A stretch of 47,466 nucleotides of DNA, from NCBI GenBank assembly GCA_016217725.1, contig JACRHB010000177.1:1-47466 (forward strand), in the 5' to 3' direction. This document shows, piece by piece, positions 18,533 through 28,957 of the stretch; the first letter of the stretch is position 1; every line of letters begins with the position of its first letter. Position numbers and translations under genes: made by a program. Under the pieces are notes generated by a model, which ran no database searches, was not told the DNA's origin, and saw only the letters and a list, made by a program, of their open reading frames with translations. The stretch comes from Nitrospirota bacterium (lineage in GTDB: Bacteria; Nitrospirota; Thermodesulfovibrionia; UBA6902).

Positions 18533-19597
18533 TCATTTCTGCACACTCACTGCCTGCCCATCCCGCAGTCTCTCATTCCCCTTAACAACCACCTTCATGC
18601 CTTCGCTGAGTCCTAGCCCCTGAATGCCGGCATTCATTCCCGTGTAAGCAATCACATTCACCGGGATCATCTTTGCCTGTGAATCATTCACAACAAACAC
18701 GACCGTATTGCCGAACACGGTAATGACCGCGTCCCTCGGGACAATCAATGCCTTTTCCTTTTGACCTGCAGGCAGAAGCACGCGTGCCTCCATGCCCTCA
18801 ACCAGATCCGCTGAGCTTTTTATCCTCACCTTGACCGGGATAGTCCTTGTCGATACGTCGCCTTTGGGGACAATGGCAAAAACCTTTCCCGTCATTTCCA
18901 TGCCGCCGGCTATCACCCTTGCATCCATGCCCTTCTTCACATGCGCAAGGTATTGTTCGGGCAGCTCGGCTACAACGTCCATGAAATCATCTCTGCCTAT
19001 CGAGGCGACAGCGCCGCCCGGAGAAAGCCATTCGCCTAATTCAATATACTTCTTTATCACTATCCCGTTAAAGGGGGATTTAACGACCTTCTTGCCCAGC
19101 TCAACCTCAATGCGCTCCACGTCCGCCTTTAAGGATGCGGCCTTTTTTTCAAGGCCGTTTACTTTAGATTTCTGATCATCATATGCCTGAACGGAAATCA
19201 GATCCTCTTTATAAAGGCTCCCGGTGCGTTCAAGATTTTTCTTCTCATTCTCAAGGTCCGATAGTACCTGCTCGTAAGTCGCCTTTGTCGACTGAATGGT
19301 CTTCTCCAGAAGCTCGCTGTTTATTACGACAAGCGCGTCCCCCGTTTTCACCCTCTGACCTTCTTCAAAACCTGCTTTCTCAGCCAGCCCGCTCACCTCG
19401 GAGGCGACTTCCGAAACCTCATGGTAATAAACCGTGCCGATGAATTCATTCACCGGCGCAACGAGTCCCGAGGTGACCCCGGAGACAACTACCATTGCTG
19501 GAGGCATGGCCTGCTGTTTCGGCTTTTCCTGAGCATGTAGATAACGCGGTATGAGAAGTAGTAAAAAAAGGGAAATTATGTATGATCTTTTAAGCAT
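18533..19597 (-). CDS. RND membrane fusion protein
   Basis: Signal peptide, SEVSG, KSPFNG, VPRDAV, LRDGQ. Confidence 0.9.
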   Translation of the reverse strand: MLKRSYIISLFLLLLIPRYLHAQEKPKQQAMPPAMVVVSGVTSGLVAPVNEFIGTVYYHEVSEVASEVSGLAEKAGFEEGQRVKTGDALVVINSELLEKTIQSTKATYEQVLSDLENEKKNLERTGSLYKEDLISVQAYDDQKSKVNGLEKKAASLKADVERIEVELGKKVVKSPFNGIVIKKYIELGEWLSPGGAVASIGRDDFMDVVAELPEQYLAHVKKGMDARVIAGGMEMTGKVFAIVPKGDVSTRTIPVKVRIKSSADLVEGMEARVLLPAGQKEKALIVPRDAVITVFGNTVVFVVNDSQAKMIPVNVIAYTGMNAGIQGLGLSEGMKVVVKGNERLRDGQAVSVQK

Positions 19598-19621
19598 CTA
19601 AATTCTCCTGATATGTTTTAT

Positions 19622-19650
19622 GTAGGGGCGGGTTTCAAACCCGCCCCTAC
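19622..19650. repeat. GTAG-type REP hairpin
   Basis: gtaggggcgggttt-c-aaacccgcccctac, perfect palindrome. Confidence 0.85.
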
Positions 19651-19653
19651 CGT

Positions 19654-21005
<1,352 letters not shown>

Positions 21006-21009
<4 letters not shown>

Positions 21010-21596
21010 TTCACATCCTTTCTTATTCCGTGAATGATTAATTGAAAAAGAGAATTGCTCATCTTCTTTACGTCGCCGATCCCGAAAATCAATTTTAATA
21101 AAACCGCGCCCCTGATGCTCGCAAAAATCACAGCCGCCGTGTCCTTGACGTCCGTGGATTTGAAAATGCCTTTTTTAATGCCTGTAATAAGTATATCAGC
21201 TATTATCCCGTGCTGCGTCTTGAAAAAGTTTTTCCTGAGCGGCTGCAGGAACGGGAGGGTGTGCTCTTTAAAGAATATGGAGAGCAGTTGTCTCTTCCGG
21301 AACGAGCACTCAAGGTTCAGGGCAATATACTTTTTCAGGGCTTCAAGAGGATCTTCGGCAGGCAGTTTTTCAACCCGCTCGACAAAATCCCCTGTCTGGT
21401 CTTTGATAAGCTCCATAAAAAGCTCTTCCTTGTTCCTGAACCTCAGGTAAAGCGCCCCGACGCTCAAGCCGCCGGCGCGGGCGATCTCGGCCATTTTAGT
21501 CTCCGAATAGCCCTTTGAGGAAAACAGCTCCAGGGCGGATTTCAGCACCTTTGATTTAGGCATCTTATTAAATGAACGACGGTTCATATGAATCAC
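21006..21596 (-). CDS. TetR/AcrR-family regulator (start uncertain: 21596, 21587 or 21563)
   Basis: ALELFSSKGYSETKMAEIARAGGLSVGALYLRFRNKEELF HTH. Confidence 0.92.
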
Positions 21597-21630
21597 CGTT
21601 CATTTTAGAACGCTGCGGAAAGATTGTCAA
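21570..21630 (-). promoter_or_regulatory. sigma70 promoter of the tetR-efflux operon with tandem palindromic operators
   Basis: TTGACA(21630-25)-17-TAAAAT(21607-02); ATGAAC-N4-GTTCAT at 21572-21587 and ATGAAT-N4-GTTCAT at 21588-21603. Confidence 0.75.
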
Positions 21631-21649
21631 GTTGAGCTGAACGGGGTGA

Positions 21650-21679
21650 TTGACTTTTACAATTTATAACAGTTAGAAT
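21650..21679 (+). promoter_or_regulatory. putative sigma70 promoter of lysR
   Basis: TTGACT-18-TAGAAT, 11 nt before ATG, no SD. Confidence 0.5.
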
Positions 21680-21690
21680 TACTTACCATT

Positions 21691-22605
21691 ATGGACGACC
21701 ACAAATTAAAGGTGTTCTGCATAGTTGCGGAGACTAAAAGCTTCTCAAGGGCTTCAGAGATAATTCGCCTTACCCAGCCTGCCGTCAGCCTTCAAATTCA
21801 AGCGCTCGAAGAGATGTACGGCACCAAGCTTTTTAACCGCTCCGGCTGCGTTATCACCCTCACCCAGGCCGGAGAGATGCTTTATAAGTATGCAAAAGAG
21901 ATTAATTCGCTTTATGAGGCCGCCGAAAAAGAGATAGGCGGGATCACCGGTCTCGTAAAGGGCGTCATAACCGTAGGGGCCAGCTCAACCATAGGCAACT
22001 ACGTCCTGCCTTCCGTCATATCCGATTTCAAGAGAAGGTTCCCCAAGGTCGGCGTCCATCTCCACGTCGGCAATACCAAAGCCGTAATTGATTATTTGAA
22101 CGCCGGCAGCGTTGACATAGGGCTTGTCGAGGGCGACGTCAACAAACAAAAACTGCTCCTGGAAAAACTCATTCCCGATGAAATGGTCTTGATAATGTCG
22201 CCCTATCATCACTTAGCCAAGAAAGCCAGCGTGTCCATTATGGAGCTTTCAAAGGAGCCTATAATCTTCAGGGAAGAAGGCTCGGGCACGAGAGAGGCGA
22301 TAGAAAAGTACCTGACAAAGCACGGCATAACGCAGCAGAATCTGAAAATATCCCTCATAATGGGGAGCACGGAATCCATAAAAAGCGCGGTTGAGGAAGG
22401 GCTCGGCATTGCAATAATGTCAAAGTGGGCCGCCCGGAAGGAATGCCGTTACGGCAGCCTGAAGACCGCGGTCTTCAAGGAAGAGAAATTTGTAAGAGAT
22501 TTTGCGCTTGTCTTCCGTAAATCCAAAGAGCCTTCGCATACGGTCGAGCAATTTATGGGGTTCTTGAGAAGATATCCCTATAATAAGCTCTTAAACACCC
22601 AATAG
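21691..22605 (+). CDS. LysR-family regulator (CysL-like)
   Basis: SFSRAS..LTQPAVSLQIQALE HTH, GASSTIGNY, REEGSGTR. Confidence 0.92.
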   Translation: MDDHKLKVFCIVAETKSFSRASEIIRLTQPAVSLQIQALEEMYGTKLFNRSGCVITLTQAGEMLYKYAKEINSLYEAAEKEIGGITGLVKGVITVGASSTIGNYVLPSVISDFKRRFPKVGVHLHVGNTKAVIDYLNAGSVDIGLVEGDVNKQKLLLEKLIPDEMVLIMSPYHHLAKKASVSIMELSKEPIIFREEGSGTREAIEKYLTKHGITQQNLKISLIMGSTESIKSAVEEGLGIAIMSKWAARKECRYGSLKTAVFKEEKFVRDFALVFRKSKEPSHTVEQFMGFLRRYPYNKLLNTQ

Positions 22606-22628
22606 CCACTCAATAACCTTACCTTAAA

Positions 22629-22797
22629 AAGGAGGCTGAACGCCTCATAAATACAATGACGACTCCTTTAAAAAAAAGAGGCGAGCATTCCCAATCAGGC
22701 CGGCAATATGAACCATAACGATTTATTTTGCAAAACGGGGTTTTGCCCTTTCAATTAATCGTCGATTCATTGTGTTTATGAGGCGTTCAGCCTCCTT
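22629..22797. mobile_element. MITE-like element with 31-bp terminal inverted repeats
   Basis: aaggaggctgaacgcctcataaatacaatga (22629-59) vs tcattgtgtttatgaggcgttcagcctcctt (22767-97): 30/31 complementary; no ORF. Confidence 0.6.
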
Positions 22798-23471
22798 CAC
22801 CCGCTGATTCTCAGAGTAGCAACAAAATCCAGCGAGCTCAATTTTGTAAATATTTGTTTTATTGCATCCTTATTTCTTGTGGAGACGGTGAATTTATATT
22901 CAATCTCGCCTTTTGACCGCTCCTTCTCATAGTTGATGGAATGAATCTGAAACCCGAGGTCCGACAGCATGGATATGATCATATCTTCTTTATCCTCCGC
23001 GGCGGGAGTTGAAACCGTGATGATGTTATACCTCAAAAACTTAATCTTCCTCTCGACGGCCCGGAGCGCCATTAATGCGATGATGGTGATTACAAAAGTT
23101 ATAAGTCCTTCATAATATAGGCCTCCCCCGATGGCAAGTCCTATTGCGGAGACAATCCATATGGACGCGGCGGTCGTCAGCCCCCGTATCGCAAAACCGC
23201 TCTTTACAATAACGCCGGCTCCCAAAAAGCCTATTCCGATCAGGGCGCCTGCGGAAATCCTTGCAGGGTCGATCCGCAGGGTCGGGTCGAGGCTGCGAAT
23301 GTAGAAATAATAGTTTTCGGATACGACCATTATGAGGACGGCGGCCAAACAGACAATCAACTGCGTCCTGAAGCCCGCCGCTCTTCCATGAGCTTCTCTC
23401 TCAAAGCCGATAATGCCGCCGATAATCGCCCCCAGAAGAAGACGCAGCGTTATTTCATAAACGGATATCAT
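22797..23471 (-). CDS. MgtC/SapB family protein
   Basis: IGFERE..GRAAGFRT, DPARISA, GIGFLGAG, GLTTAASIW, C-terminal ACT-like region; start at MISV. Confidence 0.9.
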   Translation of the reverse strand: MISVYEITLRLLLGAIIGGIIGFEREAHGRAAGFRTQLIVCLAAVLIMVVSENYYFYIRSLDPTLRIDPARISAGALIGIGFLGAGVIVKSGFAIRGLTTAASIWIVSAIGLAIGGGLYYEGLITFVITIIALMALRAVERKIKFLRYNIITVSTPAAEDKEDMIISMLSDLGFQIHSINYEKERSKGEIEYKFTVSTRNKDAIKQIFTKLSSLDFVATLRISG

Positions 23472-23478
23472 GCAAGTT

Positions 23479-23508
23479 ATTATAATCGACATTCTTTAAA
23501 GGTGTCAA
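23479..23508 (-). promoter_or_regulatory. sigma70 promoter, probably leaderless mgtC-like transcript
   Basis: TTGACA-18-TATAAT, then 7 nt to ATG. Confidence 0.65.
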
Positions 23509-23515
23509 AGACAAC

Positions 23516-23613
23516 GTCAAGAGTCAAGAGTTAAGAGTCAAGAGTTAAAAGTTTTAAAGACAATGTAATAGGAATTTTTTTCACTTTAAACTTTCAACTC
23601 TCAACTTTCAACT
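23516..23613. repeat. heptamer tandem inverted repeat
   Basis: gtcaaga-gtcaaga-gttaaga-gtcaaga-gttaaaa ... tttcact-ttaaact-ttcaact-ctcaact-ttcaact. Confidence 0.8.
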
Positions 23614-23685
23614 TATTCCGCCGTTGGCAATACAAAAGCAAATATGTTAATCTTATTGGTATAGTCTTTGCAGGAGGGACACAAT

Positions 23686-25527
23686 TTGTATAAAAGTATA
23701 GTCATATGGATTTTGTTCGGTTTGATGATGATCTTGATCTTCAACCTTATCGAAACATCGAAACCCGACGACGAGATGGTATTTTCCGACTTCACGGCTA
23801 AATTGCAGCAGGGCGAAATAACGGAGGTAACCATAAAAAAGCCTGAAAACCTGCTTGTCGGAACCCTGAAAGACGGGGTCAAGTTCAAGACCTATTCGCC
23901 GGATTATCCCGATCTCGTAAAAGAGCTGAGGGATAAAGGCGTAAAGATCTCCGTAAAACCCGAGCACACTCCGTGGTACATGAATATCCTCTTTAATTTC
24001 GGACCAGTGATCCTGCTGGTCCTTCTATGGGTATTTTTCATGAGGCAGATGCAGACAGGCGGCAACAAGGCCCTGTCTTTCGGAAGGAGCCGGGCCAAAC
24101 TCGTATCTGAAAAAGGCATAAAAATAACCTTTGCAGATGTGGCAGGCATTGAGGAAGCTAAAGAAGAAGTGCAGGAAATCATACAATTCTTAAAGGACCC
24201 GCAGAGATTCCAGAAGCTCGGCGGGAAGATACCAAAAGGCGTCATGCTTGTCGGTCCCCCCGGCTCCGGGAAGACCCTGCTCGCAAGGGCCATAGCAGGC
24301 GAGGCCGGCGTACCGTTCTTTTCCATCAGCGGCTCCGACTTTGTAGAGATGTTTGTCGGCGTGGGCGCTTCGAGAGTGAGGGATTTATTTGAGCAGGCAA
24401 AAAAGAGCTCCCCGTGCATTATTTTTATTGATGAAATTGACGCGGTCGGACGTCACAGGGGCGCCGGTCTCGGAGGCGGCCACGACGAGCGCGAGCAGAC
24501 GCTGAACCAGCTGCTTGTCGAGCTTGACGGTTTTGATCCGAACGAAGGGATCATCGTGCTCGCATCCACCAACAGACCGGACGTGCTGGACCCCGCGCTT
24601 TTACGGCCCGGAAGGTTTGACAGACAGGTAGTCGTACCGCACCCCGATGTAAAAGGCAGGCTTGAGATAATAAAGGTCCACATCAAAAAAATACCGCTTA
24701 ATGAAAATGTAAATCTTGAAGTGCTTGCAAGAGGGACGCCCGGATTTTCAGGGGCCGACCTCGCCAACCTTATAAATGAAGCCGCGCTCCATGCAGCGAG
24801 ACAATCAAAGGCAAAAGTCGAGATGTCGGATTTCGAGGACGCAAAAGACAAGGTCATGATGGGCAAAGAAAGAAAGAGCATGATCCTGTCCGAGGAGGAA
24901 AAAAACAACACCGCCCACCACGAGGCGGGGCATGCCCTGGTCGCCAAGCTGACGCCCGGAACCGACCCCCTTCACAAGGTCAGCATCATACCGCGCGGAA
25001 TGGCGCTTGGCATTACCCAGCAGCTTCCGATAGATGACAGGTACACCTATTCCAGAGGATACATATTAAACACGCTGGCAGTCCTTTTGGGCGGCAGGGC
25101 CGCGGAAGAGATCGCGCTCGGACACATGACCACAGGCGCCGGCAACGACCTGCAAAGGGCCACCGATCTGGCGCGCAAGATGGTATGCGAATGGGGCATG
25201 AGCGACAAGCTCGGCCCTCTCACGTTCGGAAGGCGCGAAGAGCAGATATTCCTCGGCAAGGAGATCACAAGACATAAGGACTATTCCGAGAAGACGGCTG
25301 AAGAAATAGACGAAGACGTGAAGGCTATCATTAAGGAAAGATATGAATATGCAAAACATCTTCTCATCGAAAACAAGACTTCCCTGTTAAAACTCGCGCA
25401 GGCGCTGCTTGATAAAGAAACCCTCGACGGCCCTGAAATAGAAGCCATCATCCGGGGCACGGACGGCGATATGCCGAAGACGGAGGCGGAGAAAGACGCA
25501 ACCGTCGCCTCGGAAACGTCGGCGTAG
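23686..25527 (+). CDS. ftsH: ATP-dependent zinc metalloprotease FtsH (TTG start at 23686 after AGGAGG; alternative 23668)
   Basis: Two TMs, [39 protein letters not shown]. Confidence 0.97.
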   Translation: MYKSIVIWILFGLMMILIFNLIETSKPDDEMVFSDFTAKLQQGEITEVTIKKPENLLVGTLKDGVKFKTYSPDYPDLVKELRDKGVKISVKPEHTPWYMNILFNFGPVILLVLLWVFFMRQMQTGGNKALSFGRSRAKLVSEKGIKITFADVAGIEEAKEEVQEIIQFLKDPQRFQKLGGKIPKGVMLVGPPGSGKTLLARAIAGEAGVPFFSISGSDFVEMFVGVGASRVRDLFEQAKKSSPCIIFIDEIDAVGRHRGAGLGGGHDEREQTLNQLLVELDGFDPNEGIIVLASTNRPDVLDPALLRPGRFDRQVVVPHPDVKGRLEIIKVHIKKIPLNENVNLEVLARGTPGFSGADLANLINEAALHAARQSKAKVEMSDFEDAKDKVMMGKERKSMILSEEEKNNTAHHEAGHALVAKLTPGTDPLHKVSIIPRGMALGITQQLPIDDRYTYSRGYILNTLAVLLGGRAAEEIALGHMTTGAGNDLQRATDLARKMVCEWGMSDKLGPLTFGRREEQIFLGKEITRHKDYSEKTAEEIDEDVKAIIKERYEYAKHLLIENKTSLLKLAQALLDKETLDGPEIEAIIRGTDGDMPKTEAEKDATVASETSA

Positions 25528-25709
25528 ATTAAGCCCGGGAATTCTGATTTGCAAACGCAAAAATTCGTGATTGATTAGTCACTCGGTAATAACCTTCTTC
25601 CTCTTTTTATCAAATCGTAGAAAAACTCTGACTATCGGGTTTTAACTCTCTTTTTCCGCGTTTAATATATAATATTCCATTCTCTGAAAGGCAGGCTTTT
25701 ATTGGTTAA

Positions 25710-25775
25710 ATGAACAATCTCCCGTTTCGAGAAGGTCAGATTATTGAAAGCCCGTTATTCAATGAGCGGATATAA
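25710..25775 (+). pseudogene. possible N-terminal stub of an SNF2-type helicase gene
   Basis: MNNLPFREGQIIESPLFNERI-stop resembles, from memory, N-termini of defence-island helicases; unverified. Confidence 0.3.
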
Positions 25776-25780
25776 CAAAT

Positions 25781-26842
25781 ATGATGACGTTGAAGCAATT
25801 TTCATCTAAGCCGGAAACTATACCGGCGGTCACATCCTGGTACCTTGCTGATCTTGGTGAAGCCCGTGGCAAGCAGGAATTATTTACCAAACAATCTCCT
25901 CAGAGGCTAAGAGTTTTGCGTGAACATGCCCTGATAGAAAGTGCTGTTTCATCAAACCGTATAGAGGGCGTGAAGGTTGAACAGTCTCGCATACGAACTA
26001 TCATACTCGGCAAATCACATTTACGCGACCGCGATGAGGAAGAAGTAAGAGGGTATCGCAACGCTCTTAAACTGATTCATGAGCAAGGCATCAAACTCCC
26101 GGTTTCAGAGCATACCATACTCAAACTGCACAAACTTTCACGGGGACAGATATGGGATGCCGGGAAATACAAAGAACAGGACAGCGATATAATTGAAAAA
26201 TATCCTGACGGGACATCCCGGATACGTTTTAAGACAGTGACTGCTGACAGGACCTCTGAATATATGACAAAGCTGCTTGAGATGTGGAACCGGTGCCTCC
26301 GCGAAAAATGGGTGCATCCCATGATCGCACTTGCGGCATTCAACCTTGATTTTCTGTGCATTCATCCCTTCCGTGATGGGAACGGCAGGGTTTCAAGGCT
26401 TTTTCTATTGCTTCAAAGTTATCATTTGGGCTTTGAAGTCGGACGCTACATCAGCATTGAGCGGATTATAGAACAGAGCAAGGACCGTTATTATGAAACT
26501 CTGGAGCAAAGCTCTCAAGACTGGCATAAAGGCAAAAATGATCCCTGGCCTTATATCAATTACGTACTCTTTACGCTCAAAACTGCCTATCGTGAGTTTG
26601 AGGATCGGGTAGGACAATTGAGATCGCCGAAAGGCGCAAAGACGGAGATGATCAAATCTGCAATCAATTCGTTTCCCGGCGAGTTTACTCTGTCTGATCT
26701 GGAACACGCTTGTCCGGGTGTCAGCAGGGACATGATACGAAAGGTGCTTAGAGAGATGCAGGATATTAAAGATATTGAGTGCGTCGGTCGAGGCCCAGGC
26801 GCTCCATGGAGGGAAAGAGGTAATACCTCTAAAAGAGGGTAA
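25781..26842 (+). CDS. Fic-domain protein with C-terminal HTH
   Basis: HPFRDGNGRVSR active-site motif; SSNRIEG inhibitory-helix motif. Confidence 0.92.
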   Translation: MMTLKQFSSKPETIPAVTSWYLADLGEARGKQELFTKQSPQRLRVLREHALIESAVSSNRIEGVKVEQSRIRTIILGKSHLRDRDEEEVRGYRNALKLIHEQGIKLPVSEHTILKLHKLSRGQIWDAGKYKEQDSDIIEKYPDGTSRIRFKTVTADRTSEYMTKLLEMWNRCLREKWVHPMIALAAFNLDFLCIHPFRDGNGRVSRLFLLLQSYHLGFEVGRYISIERIIEQSKDRYYETLEQSSQDWHKGKNDPWPYINYVLFTLKTAYREFEDRVGQLRSPKGAKTEMIKSAINSFPGEFTLSDLEHACPGVSRDMIRKVLREMQDIKDIECVGRGPGAPWRERGNTSKRG

Positions 26843-26872
26843 TAAAGAGGGTAATATGGTTAAGGAGGCTCA

Positions 26873-27709
26873 TTGAAACTCACCTGGAAAAATTACAGCT
26901 TCGACTTTTCGAAACGTGCTTACATAATGGGGATATTGAACGTCACGCCCGACTCGTTTTCCGACGGCGGCAAGTTTTTTGATCAAGATAGAGCCGTCGG
27001 GCAGGCGCTGAAAATGCAGGAAGACGGCGCCGATATTATCGACGTCGGCGGGGAATCGACAAGACCGGGCGCTGAGAAGATTTCGGTTAAAGAAGAAATC
27101 AGACGCGTAGCTCCCGTCATCGAGGCCCTTGCAAACAAGGTTAAGATTCCAATATCGATTGATACCTACAAATCCGCCGTTGCTGAAGCGGCTGTTTCAT
27201 CCGGCGCTTCCGTTATTAACGACATCAGCGGATTGAGATTTGATCCCAAGATGCCGAAAGTCGCGGCAAGGCACGAAGTCCCGGTTGTAATAATGCACAT
27301 TAAAGGTAAGCCCCAAAACATGCAGTTGAATCCGGCCTACAAGGCCCTCATCCCGGAGATTATGGATTATCTTAGAGGCGGGCTAAAGCTTGCAAGAAAT
27401 GCCGGGATCGCCGATGACAAAATTATCATAGACCCCGGCGTCGGCTTCGGGAAGACCGTTGAGCATAACCTCGAGATCATAAGACGGCTTAATGAATTCA
27501 CCGGCTTTGAAAAGCCCATACTCTTAGGCCCCTCAAGGAAATCCTTCATCGGCAAGATACTCGGCGATCTGCCGGTAACTGAAAGACTCGAAGGCACTGC
27601 GGCAGCCGTTGCCGTAGGGATATACAACGGAGCCAATATTGTCAGGGTGCATGACGTGAAAGAAATGGTCAGGGTAGTCAGGATCGCAGACGCAATAAAA
27701 AGAGGTTAA
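26873..27709 (+). CDS. folP: dihydropteroate synthase
   Basis: MGILNVTPDSFSDGG, GGESTRPGA, IDPGVGFGK, SRKSF, RVHDV. Confidence 0.97.
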   Translation: MKLTWKNYSFDFSKRAYIMGILNVTPDSFSDGGKFFDQDRAVGQALKMQEDGADIIDVGGESTRPGAEKISVKEEIRRVAPVIEALANKVKIPISIDTYKSAVAEAAVSSGASVINDISGLRFDPKMPKVAARHEVPVVIMHIKGKPQNMQLNPAYKALIPEIMDYLRGGLKLARNAGIADDKIIIDPGVGFGKTVEHNLEIIRRLNEFTGFEKPILLGPSRKSFIGKILGDLPVTERLEGTAAAVAVGIYNGANIVRVHDVKEMVRVVRIADAIKRG

Positions 27710-27752
27710 ACACCCCTCACTCCTTCACCTCATCACTCCTTCCCTCCTCCCC

Positions 27753-27780
27753 TAAAGTTCTTTTTATTTATTTCCGATAT
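27753..27780 (+). promoter_or_regulatory. possible sigma-28 (FliA) promoter upstream of the pilin-like gene
   Basis: TAAAGTTC-N12-TCCGATAT vs consensus TAAAGTTT-N11-GCCGATAA. Confidence 0.4.
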
Positions 27781-27931
27781 GTAGTTAACGAACCTATTGG
27801 GAATAACATTTTATTTGAACAGTCTGAATTTCCACAGGGAGGTGGTAAGTTATTGGGATGAATTAAACATTAAACAAAAAATTTCGGAATGTAAATTTAA
27901 CTTATCCGCAAGTTAAGAAAAGGAGGTAAAA

Positions 27932-28624
27932 ATGAAAAAAGATTTAAATCAAAAAGGCTTCACGCTCATCGAGTTGTCGATAGTGCTGGTCATCATCGGC
28001 ATCATCCTGGGCGCAGTGCTCAAGGGCCAGGACCTGCTCGAGAGCGCAAAGGCGAAAAAACTCTCATCCACATTAAATGCATGGAATGCGCTTACCTGGA
28101 CCTATATGGACAGAATGGGACGCTTCCCGGGCGACGTCAGCGGGAATGGAGTTATCGGTGACGTAGCAGCGACGGAGCAAACTACGGCGGGATCGGCTAT
28201 CGGAGAACTGACCGCGCTGAATGCAACGTCAAATGCGCCTCTAAATCCCGTTGCGATCGGCGGGCAGTCATTCTGGGTATACCTTGGCTATGACGCCCCC
28301 GGCGGAATTAACAGGAACGTCATGGTGATATGCGTTACGGCAACCTGCGCCGCCGGCGCCGCCGGCGCTTTCACCGCTGATCAGGTGCGCATAATACAGT
28401 CCGTGGATACAGCCATAGACGGCGCCGCAGACGGAGGACTGGGACAGGTCAGGGCTGCCACTGCGGTCAGCCTTGCGGGCGCCGGAACTACGGCAACCGG
28501 CAGAGCCGCTGCGGCGGTCATAGCCGTGACGGGAGTAAATGAGACCGCGGCAGGCGTTGCTACTGCATGGGCGTCCGGCGGAACGCAAAGGGCCGCCGTA
28601 TGGCTCTTTGACAAGCCGTATTAA
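27932..28624 (+). CDS. type IV/T2SS pilin-like protein
   Basis: QKG/FTLIEL prepilin cleavage-methylation motif, hydrophobic helix, strong AGGAGGT SD. Confidence 0.85.
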   Translation: MKKDLNQKGFTLIELSIVLVIIGIILGAVLKGQDLLESAKAKKLSSTLNAWNALTWTYMDRMGRFPGDVSGNGVIGDVAATEQTTAGSAIGELTALNATSNAPLNPVAIGGQSFWVYLGYDAPGGINRNVMVICVTATCAAGAAGAFTADQVRIIQSVDTAIDGAADGGLGQVRAATAVSLAGAGTTATGRAAAAVIAVTGVNETAAGVATAWASGGTQRAAVWLFDKPY

Positions 28625-28645
28625 GAAATTTTGTGGTAGTCAATG

Positions 28646-28675
28646 CCCCCCTTTTCCAAAGGGGGGATGTTTTTA
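28646..28675 (+). terminator. C/G-run hairpin followed by T tract (repeat-derived terminator candidate)
   Basis: cccccctttt-cc-aaagggggg, then atgtttttatt. Confidence 0.45.
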
Positions 28676-28719
28676 TTCTCATTTGTGAGCCGAAAGCTTA
28701 TGCCGGTCTGATATAAATA

Positions 28720-28905
28720 ATGTACAAAACGATACTCATAAAGCTGACCGGCATAACCGGTTTGCTGCTTGTGTTAAGCGCTTATTATCTGCTATGGATA
28801 CCGCCGGAGACCGGGTTGAGTGAGGTGATGACAAGGACCAGATATGCCATCGTGCTGAATCTATCCGGCGGACTGATGGTGGTATATTCCATTTATAGAA
28901 GGTGA
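28720..28905 (+). CDS. small two-TM hypothetical protein
   Basis: 61 aa, two hydrophobic segments. Confidence 0.5.
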   Translation: MYKTILIKLTGITGLLLVLSAYYLLWIPPETGLSEVMTRTRYAIVLNLSGGLMVVYSIYRR

Positions 28906-28921
28906 AATGGAATTTAAGGAA

Positions 28922-28948
28922 CTGGATTCCCGCTTTCGCGGGAATGAC
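28922..28948. repeat. ATTCCC-N8-GGGAAT (dRS3-like) palindrome
   Basis: ctggattccc gctttcgc gggaatgac. Confidence 0.8.
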
Positions 28949-28957
28949 GATTAGAAC

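Noticed and set aside
26832-26855. 12-bp tandem as the target-site duplication of the Fic insertion
   Set aside because: Both copies are on the same side; no match seen upstream of Fic
27781-27931. Riboswitch (e.g. c-di-GMP) in the pilin leader
   Set aside because: No recognisable conserved motif; an Rfam scan would be needed
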